From: Gammaproteobacteria bacterium | Lineage (GTDB): Bacteria > Pseudomonadota > Gammaproteobacteria > Pseudomonadales > Cellvibrionaceae | DNA length: 64,000 nt | Direction: 5' to 3' | Assembly (NCBI GenBank): GCA_025362015.1 | Contig: JANYIO010000033.1 | Coordinates: 3,586-67,585, forward strand | Shown: positions 27,823 through 37,479 of the stretch, piece by piece | Position numbering within the stretch: position 1 is the stretch's first letter | Layout of the letters: each line of letters opens with the position of its first letter | Notes under the pieces: model-generated | Told to the model about the DNA's origin: nothing | Database searches by the model: none | What the model saw: only the letters and a program-made list of their open reading frames with translations | Made by a program: the position numbers and the translations under genes

Positions 27823-28701
27823 ATGCAAAAGCAGCTGCAATCCATTATTCAAGGCCAGGCGACTAGCGATGGTGCAGGCGTAAAAATTAAACGCAGCTTA
27901 GGCCAATCACAACGGGTGCGCTTTGATCCATTTTTAATGTTGGATGAATTTGGTTCAGCAAGTGCTACGGATTACATTGCCGGTTTCCCATCCCATCCAC
28001 ATCGCGGCTTTGAAACTGTTACCTATATGCTTGAAGGCCACATGCTGCATGAAGATCACATGGGCAATAAAGGTCATTTAAAAAATGGTGATGTGCAATG
28101 GATGACGACCGCGCGCGGGATTATTCACTCAGAAATGCCACAGCAAGAAGAAGGTGTAATGCGCGGCTTTCAGCTTTGGTTAAACTTACCAGCGGCTGAA
28201 AAAATGAAACCAGCTGCTTATAAAGATATTCCCAGCAGTGAAATTCCTGTTGCAAATTTAAGTAACGGCGGTTGCATAAAAGTTATTGCTAATACAGCAA
28301 TTATTGATGGTAAAAAAGTCAGTGGGCCAATACAAGGTCTAACCACTGATCCCATTTATTGGGATGTGCATTTGCCGTTAAATGCAGCGTTTAGCCATGC
28401 AATTCCTACAACACATAATACGTTTATTTATGTGTACGAGGGCGAAGTTGCTATAGGCGACGCGCCCCTTAAGGAAAAAGCCAGCGCAGAACAGCGTAAA
28501 CTAACAGCAGGCAACGCAGGCTTATTGGGTGCAGGCGATGAAATAAATGTTGTAGCACTCGCGCAAGATACACGTTTTATTCTAGTGGCAGGTATTCCAC
28601 TTAATGAGCCGATTGCACAATACGGCCCTTTTGTAATGAATACCCAGGAAGAAATTGAACAAGCGATTCAAGATTATCGCAATGGTGTGTTAACGGATTA
28701 G
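27823..28701 (+). CDS. Pirin-family protein
   Basis: DPFLMLDEF, HPHRGFETVTY, GIIHSEMP, FQLWLNLP and YGPFVMNT. Confidence 0.95.
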   Translation: MQKQLQSIIQGQATSDGAGVKIKRSLGQSQRVRFDPFLMLDEFGSASATDYIAGFPSHPHRGFETVTYMLEGHMLHEDHMGNKGHLKNGDVQWMTTARGIIHSEMPQQEEGVMRGFQLWLNLPAAEKMKPAAYKDIPSSEIPVANLSNGGCIKVIANTAIIDGKKVSGPIQGLTTDPIYWDVHLPLNAAFSHAIPTTHNTFIYVYEGEVAIGDAPLKEKASAEQRKLTAGNAGLLGAGDEINVVALAQDTRFILVAGIPLNEPIAQYGPFVMNTQEEIEQAIQDYRNGVLTD

Positions 28702-28721
28702 AGGCGGAATTTTTAAGCGCA

Positions 28722-29243
28722 TTACCGCTTCGGCGCATAGGCTTGAATATAACGTTTTAACAAATTTTCATTGGCGCGTACAAAATCTATATCGACTGGT
28801 GAAACAGCGACTACGGCAGGGTCAGATTTTTCTCGCAAGGTTTTTTGTTCATCAACGGTTAAATGAACCATTTTACTGGCGAGAAAATATGCGGCAATTG
28901 CATTGCCTAACCTTGTGCTTAGACGACGATATTCGCCAACGGATTTCCAGCCATGTTGATAAGTAATTGCCTTTGCTGTTTCCAGCATTTGCTTCTGCTG
29001 CAAGAAAGCATCAATTTTTTGATCTTGTTCCACTGTGGATAATAGATCAAATGTATTTAATTCCTCTTCAGTTTTAAACATGGTATCTACGGTTTGAATA
29101 ACCGTTGTAAAATCGCGATTGGAATCCATCCAACGCTGAACAGACTGTATGTTCAGCGTCGAATTATTGGGTAGCAATTGCGCCTGTGCCCAACCGCACC
29201 ACATTAACGCTGAAATAATTACGATTCTTTTAAAACAATTCAT
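28722..29243 (-). CDS. Exported hypothetical protein
   Basis: Signal peptide ending AQA-Q; AAGGTG RBS before ATG 29243 (ORF track starts at 29255). Confidence 0.7.
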   Translation of the reverse strand: MNCFKRIVIISALMWCGWAQAQLLPNNSTLNIQSVQRWMDSNRDFTTVIQTVDTMFKTEEELNTFDLLSTVEQDQKIDAFLQQKQMLETAKAITYQHGWKSVGEYRRLSTRLGNAIAAYFLASKMVHLTVDEQKTLREKSDPAVVAVSPVDIDFVRANENLLKRYIQAYAPKR

Positions 29244-29326
29244 CGAGCTAATCACCTTTATGCATATTATTCACTGAACTGAATTAATTTATTCACTTAG
29301 TCATCTTAATCATTTGGCCGCTTTAA

Positions 29327-29719
29327 TCACTTAGCTAATCTGAGCGTAATGCTTGTCGTTAAAGCCCATATCCAATAGAAGAACAACACGACAAATGGCG
29401 TTAACATTCCTAAAGACAAACCAGCAAAACCTTTGCCTTCATAAAATGGATAAAGTACAAATAATTGCACACCAGTAGGAATTAAACACAACACAAAACT
29501 ACGCATAAAGATGCTGCTGGCAAGCACTGGCAATAAGAATACACAACCCCACAAACCACCCCACACAATACGTGGGTAAACCCAAAAGAGTGAAGATGAA
29601 CCACTTAACTGTACATGGAGCAGATGAAATAACCCATAACGAGTTGCAAGATTCATAGTAATAATTTGCACCAGCGCACCCAAACAACCTGCTGCAAAAA
29701 CAAGCAATACACTTTTCAT
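29327..29719 (-). CDS. Hypothetical membrane protein
   Basis: Hydrophobic 130-aa ORF with YPRIVWGGLWG and GLSLGMLTP. Confidence 0.7.
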   Translation of the reverse strand: MKSVLLVFAAGCLGALVQIITMNLATRYGLFHLLHVQLSGSSSLFWVYPRIVWGGLWGCVFLLPVLASSIFMRSFVLCLIPTGVQLFVLYPFYEGKGFAGLSLGMLTPFVVLFFYWIWALTTSITLRLAK

Positions 29720-29851
29720 AATATTTCTCTCATCGATTAAGTTAGGTTTATAGTGAGATATTAAACATAAATGGTAGAATTGCGCCTGGTTTTACGCACT
29801 TGTAACTCAATTAAACAACTTTCTTAAACAACCAGTGAATCCATCATATCC

Positions 29852-31681
29852 ATGTATCGTTTTTTTGAAAGCCTAATTAAACCCTTCCCACCCGAAGCAC
29901 CTAAACAACCACCCAAAACGTTGTTTGCTTTTTGCCGTTACTATGCACGCGGTACTGAGCCCTATTTAATTATTATGGCAATTCTAACGGGTGGCATTGC
30001 AGTGATGGAAGTGTCACTGTTCGGTTTTTTAGGAAAATTAGTGGATTGGCTAAATAGCCATACACCTGCAAACTTGCTAACTGAATCCAAACACGAATTA
30101 TTGGTCATGGGTGCAATTGTATTAATCGGTCTCCCTGTCACCGTATTTTTACACAGTTTAGTGATGCACCAAACCCTGCTCGGCAATTTTCCCATGCGTA
30201 TTCGCTGGCAAGCACACCGTTATTTACTAGGGCAAAGTTACCAGTTTTATCAAGATGATTTTGCCGGGCGCATAGCCACAAAAGTGATGCAAACTTCTCT
30301 CGCTGTGCGTGAAACTATTATGAAATTGCTCGACGTGCTGCTTTATGTATTAGTTTATTTTTCTGGTGTTATAGTGTTATTTATTACACTGGATTTCCGT
30401 TTAGCCATACCCTTAATCATTTGGATTTTTTCTTACGCCGGCTTACTTTATCATTTTTTACCGCGCTTAACCAAAGTCTCTACTCTACAAGCCGATGCGC
30501 GTTCAGACATGACCGGGCGCTTAGTGGATACCTACACCAATATTTCTACCGTAAAATTATTTTCCCACTCCAATCGCGAAGCCGAATACGCAAGGCAAGG
30601 TATGGAATATTTTTTAAGCACAGTGCACCCGCAAATGCGTTTAGCTACAGCGCTCAATTCCAGTGTATGGGCCATTAATGCCTTACTTATTTTTGCGGTA
30701 GCTGCCGTTTCAATTTATTTGTGGAGCAGTCTTGCTATTACCACCGGCGCAATCGCAGCAGCCGTTGGTTTAGTGCTGCGTTTAAATGGCATGGCACAAT
30801 GGATTATGTGGGAAGTATCGGCTCTATTTGAAAATATTGGCACCGCGAAGGATGGTTTAAATACACTATCAATCCCCTGCGATGTTCAAGATATACCAAA
30901 TGCCAAACCTTTGCTCCTAACAAAAAGTAATATAGATTTTAATAATGTTAGTTTTCACTATGGCAAAGGCAGCGGTGTTATTAATCACTTTAATGTACAG
31001 ATTAAATCTGGCGAAAAAATTGGCTTAGTAGGTCGCTCTGGCGCCGGAAAATCTACTTTGGTGAATTTATTATTACGTTTTTACGATCTAGAAAACGGAG
31101 CCATTTTAGTGGATGGAAAAAATATCGCACAAGTGCAACAAGAAAGTTTGCGCGCTCACATTGGTATGGTTACCCAAGATACATCGCTGTTACATCGTTC
31201 AATTCGCGAAAATTTAATGTATGGAAAACCGGATGCTAGTGAAGCAGAAATGATTGAAGCCGCAAAGCAAGCCGAAGCACATGACTTCATTATCCAACTC
31301 ATCGACAATAAAGGCCGCACCGGTTATGACGCCCATGTCGGCGAGCGCGGTGTAAAACTCTCTGGCGGCCAACGCCAACGTATTGCCATTGCTCGCGTGC
31401 TAATAAAAAATGCACCCATTTTAATTATGGATGAAGCAACCTCTGCTCTGGACTCAGAAGTAGAAGCTGCCATTCAGGCGAATTTAAAATTACTCATGCA
31501 AGGCAAAACCGTTATCGCTATTGCCCATCGGCTCTCCACCATTGCTGCGTTAGATAGATTAATTGTGTTAGATAACGGCAACATAGTTGAGCAAGGTTCA
31601 CACGCAGAATTAATTGCGCAACAGGGAATTTATGCGCAATTATGGGAACGACAATCTGGAGGTTTTTTGGGGGAGATTTAA
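29852..31681 (+). CDS. ABC transporter fused permease/ATPase (multidrug exporter type)
   Basis: N-terminal TM domain, GRSGAGKST, LSGGQRQ, DEATSALD and AHRLST. Confidence 0.95.
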   Translation: MYRFFESLIKPFPPEAPKQPPKTLFAFCRYYARGTEPYLIIMAILTGGIAVMEVSLFGFLGKLVDWLNSHTPANLLTESKHELLVMGAIVLIGLPVTVFLHSLVMHQTLLGNFPMRIRWQAHRYLLGQSYQFYQDDFAGRIATKVMQTSLAVRETIMKLLDVLLYVLVYFSGVIVLFITLDFRLAIPLIIWIFSYAGLLYHFLPRLTKVSTLQADARSDMTGRLVDTYTNISTVKLFSHSNREAEYARQGMEYFLSTVHPQMRLATALNSSVWAINALLIFAVAAVSIYLWSSLAITTGAIAAAVGLVLRLNGMAQWIMWEVSALFENIGTAKDGLNTLSIPCDVQDIPNAKPLLLTKSNIDFNNVSFHYGKGSGVINHFNVQIKSGEKIGLVGRSGAGKSTLVNLLLRFYDLENGAILVDGKNIAQVQQESLRAHIGMVTQDTSLLHRSIRENLMYGKPDASEAEMIEAAKQAEAHDFIIQLIDNKGRTGYDAHVGERGVKLSGGQRQRIAIARVLIKNAPILIMDEATSALDSEVEAAIQANLKLLMQGKTVIAIAHRLSTIAALDRLIVLDNGNIVEQGSHAELIAQQGIYAQLWERQSGGFLGEI

Positions 31682-31685
31682 AAAC

Positions 31686-32231
31686 CTACCACATCAAATC
31701 ATCCGGAATTACATAATCCTTATAGGGATCATCCTCAACTTCTTTCGTCACAATTTTTGTATTCACAACTACTACTGCTTTTTTATCGCGTTGTGCAATT
31801 TTATCGGACACTATGCGTGGTACTAATTCGTAGCCTTCGCCCAGTTTCACCACGGCTAACAAACCGCGTGCGATTTGTTCGCGCACTAAAGGCGATACAC
31901 GAATTTTTTTAATCAGTTTGCCATCGGTAAAATTATAATCTACTGCGTCGTGGCCAGAGTCTTTGGGTTGGCGGTGATTTTCAATCAGTTGTTTAATTTG
32001 TGCAGCTATGGCTTTTTGCTCTAGCTCTAATACGAGCTTGCGATTTAGTTCGCGGTCGCGCTCCAGTTTTTCGGCGCGGTCTTGCTCAATTTGTTGTTTC
32101 ATTTCGTCGACAACGGGTTCTGGCGCACGGCGGGCGACATTAGTGTCTTTACGTTTTTCTTTATTGGCTTGTTTGACTTTTTTGGTGTCAATCAAGCCTG
32201 CTTTAAGGAGTTGATCCTGAAGGGATGCCAT
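31686..32231 (-). CDS. DUF2058 (YaiL-like) family protein
   Basis: Starts MASLQDQLLKAGL, contains YNFTDG and ends DPYKDYVIPDDLMW; the ORF track's 32375 start overlaps earP. Confidence 0.88.
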   Translation of the reverse strand: MASLQDQLLKAGLIDTKKVKQANKEKRKDTNVARRAPEPVVDEMKQQIEQDRAEKLERDRELNRKLVLELEQKAIAAQIKQLIENHRQPKDSGHDAVDYNFTDGKLIKKIRVSPLVREQIARGLLAVVKLGEGYELVPRIVSDKIAQRDKKAVVVVNTKIVTKEVEDDPYKDYVIPDDLMW

Positions 32232-32337
32232 AAGATATTTCCACAATCTATAAAATGTTACGCATAATAGCGCCCTACTTTTATTATCAGCAAGTTTTAC
32301 CATCAACAAGACCTCTTTACTGGCAGCAGAAACTAGC

Positions 32338-33486
32338 ATGAAAACTTGGGATATTTTTTGTCGTGTGATCGACAACTACGGTGACATAGGTGTGTGTTGG
32401 CGTTTAGCACGACAGCTCGCTAATGAGCATCATCTGGATGTCCGCGTATGGGTGGATGAACTTGCCGCACTCAAACAAATTTGGCCGGAAACAATACTTG
32501 CGCAAACTCAAACCCTCGCGGGTGTGCAGGTATGTATTTGGCAAGATGATTTCGCTACAGAGTATGTCGCAGACGTAGTGATTGAAGCCTTTGCCTGTCA
32601 TTTACCCGAGCTTTACATCGCGCGAATGAAACAAGTTAGTACCCCGCCTTGCTGGTTAAATCTGGAATACTTAAGTGCAGAATCCTGGGTGGAAGGTTGC
32701 CATCAATTAACGTCTATGCATCCGCAAAACGGTCTGAAAAAAACATTCTTCTTTCCAGGTTTTAGCGAGAAAACCGGCGGATTAATACGTGAGCACGATC
32801 TGTTAATACGACGGGATAACTTTGCCTTAACGGATGAAAAACGCACGTTTCTCACCAAGCTAGCTGTAATTGACTACCCTGAAAACTCATTGATTATCTC
32901 GCTATTCAGCTACGAAAATTCCGCCATCGCAGGCTTACTAAAGACATGGAGCCAAGCGCCTACTACTATTATCTGTTTGGTGCCTATGGGTAAAACACTA
33001 ACCTCCATCAATACTGCACTCAATCTCAACTTGACTGCTCTCAATCCCAGCCTGAATAGGGGTGATGGCTACACACTGGGTTCGCTACAGATAAAAGTTA
33101 TCCCCTTTCTAACGCAAACTGATTACGATCTACTGTTATGGGCGTGCGATATCAATTTTGTGCGCGGTGAAGATTCGTTTGTACGGGCGCAATGGGCAGC
33201 GAAGCCCTTTGTTTGGCATATTTACCCGCAGGATGAAGAAACCCATCTTATAAAGCTAAATGCCTTTCTCGAAAAATATACTGATGCCGCAGAGCCCAAG
33301 TTAGCCACCGCTATTAGGCAGTTATGGATTGGTTGGAATACGGATGAAGATTGCAGCCATGCATGGAGCCAGTTACTCAAACACCACCAGCAATGGCTCA
33401 AACATAACCAGAACTGGTGCAAAAACCTCGCGTTAGCATCCAATTTGACGAGTAACTTAGTAGATTTTTGCCAAAAAGCCCTGTAG
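32338..33486 (+). CDS. earP: EF-P arginine rhamnosyltransferase
   Basis: WDIFCRVIDNYGDIGVCWRLARQL, NLEYLSAE, FFFPGF, NFVRGEDSFVRAQWA and WHIYPQ; directly upstream of efp. Confidence 0.96.
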   Translation: MKTWDIFCRVIDNYGDIGVCWRLARQLANEHHLDVRVWVDELAALKQIWPETILAQTQTLAGVQVCIWQDDFATEYVADVVIEAFACHLPELYIARMKQVSTPPCWLNLEYLSAESWVEGCHQLTSMHPQNGLKKTFFFPGFSEKTGGLIREHDLLIRRDNFALTDEKRTFLTKLAVIDYPENSLIISLFSYENSAIAGLLKTWSQAPTTIICLVPMGKTLTSINTALNLNLTALNPSLNRGDGYTLGSLQIKVIPFLTQTDYDLLLWACDINFVRGEDSFVRAQWAAKPFVWHIYPQDEETHLIKLNAFLEKYTDAAEPKLATAIRQLWIGWNTDEDCSHAWSQLLKHHQQWLKHNQNWCKNLALASNLTSNLVDFCQKAL

Positions 33487-33556
33487 AAATGCACTAAAAA
33501 AAGGTATAGTTCGCGCCGAATTGCAGCATACCCACATCATCTAGTAGAGATTTATC

Positions 33557-34123
33557 ATGAAAACAGGTCAAGAATTGCGCGCCGGTCATGTTATCAACAT
33601 CGACGGCTCACCTTGGTTAATCCAAAAAACTGAAATCACTCGCTCAGGCCGTAACACTGCAGTGGTTAAAACCAAATTAAAAAATCTCCTTACCGGTTAT
33701 TTAACTGAAACCCCGTACAAAGCTGATGATAAATTTGAAGACATAGTGTTGGATCGCAAAGAAGTAACTTACTCTTATTATTCAGAGCCACGTTATGTAT
33801 TCGTTGATAGCGATTACGAACAATACGAACTCGACAAAGAAGAGTTGGGTGACATGGCTCCCTATATCGAAGATGGTATGGAAGATGTGTGTGAAGCGGT
33901 ATTCTTTGATGGCAAAGTTATTTCTGTGACTCCGCCAAACTCCGTTGTGCGCGAAGTTGCCTACACAGAACCTTCTGTTCGCGGCGATACTTCAGGTAAA
34001 GTAATGAAAACTGCACGTTTAACAAACGGCACTGAAATGCAAGTTTCTGCCTTTGTTGAAATCGGCGATAAAATTATTATCGACACTCGCACCCACGAAT
34101 ACAAATCTCGCTCTAAAGATTAA
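33557..34123 (+). CDS. efp: Elongation factor P (Arg32 type)
   Basis: SGRNTAVVK loop, [16 protein letters not shown] and DTRTHEY. Confidence 0.97.
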   Translation: MKTGQELRAGHVINIDGSPWLIQKTEITRSGRNTAVVKTKLKNLLTGYLTETPYKADDKFEDIVLDRKEVTYSYYSEPRYVFVDSDYEQYELDKEELGDMAPYIEDGMEDVCEAVFFDGKVISVTPPNSVVREVAYTEPSVRGDTSGKVMKTARLTNGTEMQVSAFVEIGDKIIIDTRTHEYKSRSKD

Positions 34124-34355
34124 TATTGGCTTGATCTCTATTAGCTATCCCCCTACAGGACGTTAGGGGATTGACGCTGCAGGAAAGCGACTAATCAGTA
34201 GTTGTGCCACTTGTTTTACTGTTACCCCCGCTTATACTCACCCAGTACCACTTAGCACTTTTTCTCGCCAAAAATTCTTTTCTATTGAATAATTTACCAT
34301 CTTATCTACTTACTAAGATTTTTCTTACGCATTCAGGAATTTGGAGATTTATATA

Positions 34356-34840
34356 ATGATCAATTTAAAAGCTGTGATTGCAATTTTTACTCTCAGTATT
34401 GCATCCCATTCTTTCGCTCAGGTTGCAGTACAAGCCGACCCAGACCATAAACAATTGCTCGCTAGTAAAGATAAACATTTAGCGGCCAACAAAAAACTGG
34501 TTTACGATTTTTGGCGCGAAGTATTTGAAGGTGGCACATGGAATTAGCCGAAAAATACATGACCGAAACTTACATTCAACACAATCCGAATGTACCAACT
34601 GGTCGCCAAGCCTTTATAGATTTCTTTTCACAATTTAAAAAGCCACAGGTAATTGCCGATAAGATCACTACTCCATTAGTCTCCATCACAGCTGAAGGTA
34701 ATTTAGTAGTTCTGGCATTTGTAAGCGAACGCACTAACCCAACAGATGCAACGCAAAAATATACCACTACATGGTTTGATATGTTCCGTATTGAAAATGG
34801 AAAAATTGCGGAGCATTGGGATGCTATGCCGAAGCAATAG
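34356..34840 (+). pseudogene. Exported SnoaL/NTF2-like protein split by a 1-nt deletion near 34535
   Basis: Fragment 1 (signal peptide...ANKKLVYDFWREVFEGG) and fragment 2 (MELAEKYMTETYIQHNPNVPTGR...WFDMFRIENGKIAEHWD) join as GG-H-MELAEKY if one base is restored in GGC[C]ACATG. Confidence 0.8.
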
Positions 34841-35070
34841 CTTTCACGATCAAAGTTTCACTGACACTATTCCGATTCCCCAAGTGACTTGGGGTAGCCA
34901 CATGCAGGAAGCGAAAAATGTGGGCGTGATGCCCGTTATGTTTGGAGCGGGTGTTGGAGTATCAACTCATGGCACCGGCAACCCACCAACGGATGATTAT
35001 TTTTGGATACAAAAAGTTCAGCAGTATTTTAAAACCGGTGTGGTTCCACTACCTGAATTGATATATGAAA
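34841..35070 (+). pseudogene. Apparent C-terminal fragment of an unidentified protein
   Basis: Protein-like reading DQSFTDTIPIPQVTWGSHMQEAKNVGVMPVMFGAGVGVSTHGTGNPPTDDYFWIQKVQQYFKTGVVPLP, with no credible 5' part. Confidence 0.35.
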
Positions 35071-35529
35071 TAAATATCCCGCTAACTCAGCGGGATATTT
35101 CGCTGCGCAGGAACCATAACTTTTCAGTAAAGCATATTTTATTTCTGCTTTTTCTCTTCCGCTAAAATTCTGCTAACACTGCTAACCAGGATTAGGGGTT
35201 ACTATCGCCACCACGCACGCAGTGACGTTACACGGCCAGTATATTCTTCAATTTTCGTTTTGAATTTATCTACCTAACACCCAGAATTTATTGATTGGCT
35301 CGCGAATTTCTGCCAATGTCTTTTTGCTAATGCCGGTTATTAGTGAGGCTTAGTGTAAGTCAATGGATTGAGGAGTTTCGCCGTAAAATAAAAACCAGTG
35401 AAGGCCCAACATTTACCGTTTAACATGAAAAAAAACCATTCCGCACGTACATTGAGACGCGCGACTTAATATATGTGATGCTCTATTCCTAATGAGACAC
35501 TTATAAAGAATACCGTTCAATTTAAGACG

Positions 35530-35665
35530 CGCCCTGAATACTTCCGCGTAGGCTCGAATCGGCATCCCTACGCAATCCAGTTGCTTCGGGAAACTTCCTA
35601 CATCCCTGTAGGTCGTCCATGCCTCGGCAATTGCTCCCGTATTGCTCTACCTCCTGCATTCGGTT
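35530..35665 (-). other. GGA-rich multi-hairpin intergenic element (dispersed REP-like repeat or Csr/Rsm-type RNA)
   Basis: Eight GGA motifs on the minus strand, including the perfect hairpin CCTACA-GGGA-TGTAGG (35597-35612) and stem GCGTAGG/CCTACGC (35546-35573). Confidence 0.55.
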
Positions 35666-35773
35666 CAGTCGTCATAAGGTTTAAAATAAAGCAGTATTCA
35701 TTATTTGTACTATGTTGGTAAAACAGATTTTGTGTTTCTGTACCTTTACTCGATATTAAAAATAGAGCCTATT

Positions 35774-36790
35774 ATGCTAAAACATAAAAAAAATTTAATC
35801 GTCATTTTTATTATTTTTCTATATTCCTGTGGCGGTCAAAACAGCGACGTTAACTCCACCACTGGTACCAATGCCGAGACCAAAGATAGCTTTAGCTATC
35901 GCTCATCTACGCAAGAAGAACTGAATGAAATAAAAATTATTTGGGCGCAACGTGATTTATCGGCCAAAGAGGTAAGTATTGCTTATGAGCATACCGAAGG
36001 CGAAGTTAATGTAAAAATATATGAGCACAAAGTTGGATCGAATAAACATTACGGCGCAATAATAACTCCCACCAATCCCTCGAATGCAAAGTTACCAGTA
36101 GAGCTTTCATTAGATGGATTAGACCAAACAAATCCATCTATCACCATTGAAAACAATCTTCTTTATTTTAAAGGCAATACAGTGTTGGTGGTGCCAGCAT
36201 TTCGTGGCAGAACAATGCGGTACAACGGACTGAGCTTTGTCGCCGATGGAGATTCTTGTGATGCATGGGATGGTGCTACAGATGATACGATTGCACTCGT
36301 TAATGTATTGGAAGCAACCACACCTTTAGCCAATATGAAAAGAATACTCGCTACTGGTTATAGCCGTGGCGGCAATATTGCCCTGTTAATGGCAGAGAGG
36401 GACAGCCGGATACATACTGTTATTGACGGTGCAGGTCCCGTCGACTTTTATCGAAATGAAGTTAAGGAACGCTACGGCTACCAATATCAATGTCAATTCT
36501 TTGATAATAAAACGGAATCGCAAGCGCGCCAAAAAATGCTTTCCAGCTCACCACTACGTTTTAATTTTTTGCCCAATGTAAAACAAGTTTATATCTTTCA
36601 TGGTGGCAACGATACAACCGTGCCCTTATGGAATCCAGCTGAAATGAATGCACACCTTTTAACTCAAGGAATTTCTGCAAAATACTTTATTTACGATGGT
36701 TTTGGTCATGGTGATATCTGGAAGAGCCAAAACTTTCTTAATGCCTGGAATCAAGCGCATGACGATTTCAGAAACGGCGTTTATCAATAG
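35774..36790 (+). CDS. Lipoprotein alpha/beta hydrolase (S9-like)
   Basis: Lipobox FLYSC, GYSRGG nucleophile elbow, HGGNDTTVP and GFGHG. Alternative start 35705. Confidence 0.8.
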   Translation: MLKHKKNLIVIFIIFLYSCGGQNSDVNSTTGTNAETKDSFSYRSSTQEELNEIKIIWAQRDLSAKEVSIAYEHTEGEVNVKIYEHKVGSNKHYGAIITPTNPSNAKLPVELSLDGLDQTNPSITIENNLLYFKGNTVLVVPAFRGRTMRYNGLSFVADGDSCDAWDGATDDTIALVNVLEATTPLANMKRILATGYSRGGNIALLMAERDSRIHTVIDGAGPVDFYRNEVKERYGYQYQCQFFDNKTESQARQKMLSSSPLRFNFLPNVKQVYIFHGGNDTTVPLWNPAEMNAHLLTQGISAKYFIYDGFGHGDIWKSQNFLNAWNQAHDDFRNGVYQ

Positions 36791-36987
36791 TATCAATAGG
36801 GTCAACCATTAGCCGCCAGGTGCCACCCATTGATTTGTACCTTCTTTTTTTGTTGCAGGACCGATACTAATTTATAGGCTTCAGCTCTATTAACTTTGTA
36901 ACAACAAACGTAAGCGCAGCACGAACCTTTCAATCACCCACAAATATCTGCCACAATCTATCAAATTAGAAATATAGGTTGATATGA

Positions 36988-37380
36988 GTGTCAAAAAATG
37001 CCAGCTCAGCAGATGTTTGTTTACAAAATACAGATAATAACGACGCCACATGGCTCGATACTGAATTGCAAGGCAGCCAATTTAAAGACCACCGGCTTGG
37101 AAAACGGCTTCGGCAGCTCATGCAAAACCTGTGGTCGGGTGTTGGCATGAGCATTCCTTTTGCGTGTCAGGATTGCGCAAATACGAAAGCGGCCTATTAT
37201 TTTCTCGACAATTCCAATGTCAGTGAATCGGAAATTTTTGCAGGCCATGTCCAATCGACGACTGAACGTTTTGCAGCAATTAAAGGTATGGTATTGGTGT
37301 TACAAGATGCGACTGAGTTTTCTTAAAAGCGTGAAAAATCTGACGCTATCGGTGTTATCCACAAATACAAAACGGCATGA
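36988..37380 (+). mobile_element. IS4-family (IS50/Tn5-like) transposase remnant: N-terminal part, internal stop, truncated
   Basis: W..TEL....FKDHRLGKRL, SIPFACQD.ANTKAAYYFLDN and LVLQDATEFS*. TAA at 37324 replaces the expected Tyr, and the frame ends again at 37380. Confidence 0.85.
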
Positions 37381-37479
37381 CTGAGATTGTTGAGACAAGC
37401 AAATAAGTAAAACAGTGACTTTTTTATATGCATCGGCGGTGCTTCCAAGGGATTACCCGTAGGCTTGAATTGAGCTATA

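Noticed and set aside
32232-32375. 48-aa N-terminal extension of the DUF2058 gene
   Set aside because: The family begins at MASLQDQLLKAGL, and the extension overlaps the earP start.
34520-34547. Programmed ribosomal frameshift in the SnoaL gene
   Set aside because: No slippery sequence or stimulatory structure; a simple 1-nt deletion explains it.
35060-35420. Minus-strand gene remnant (e.g. ...ITGISKKTLAEIREPINKF... / VDKFKTKIEEYTGRV)
   Set aside because: Short pieces in different frames with stops and no recognisable family; not supportable without a search.
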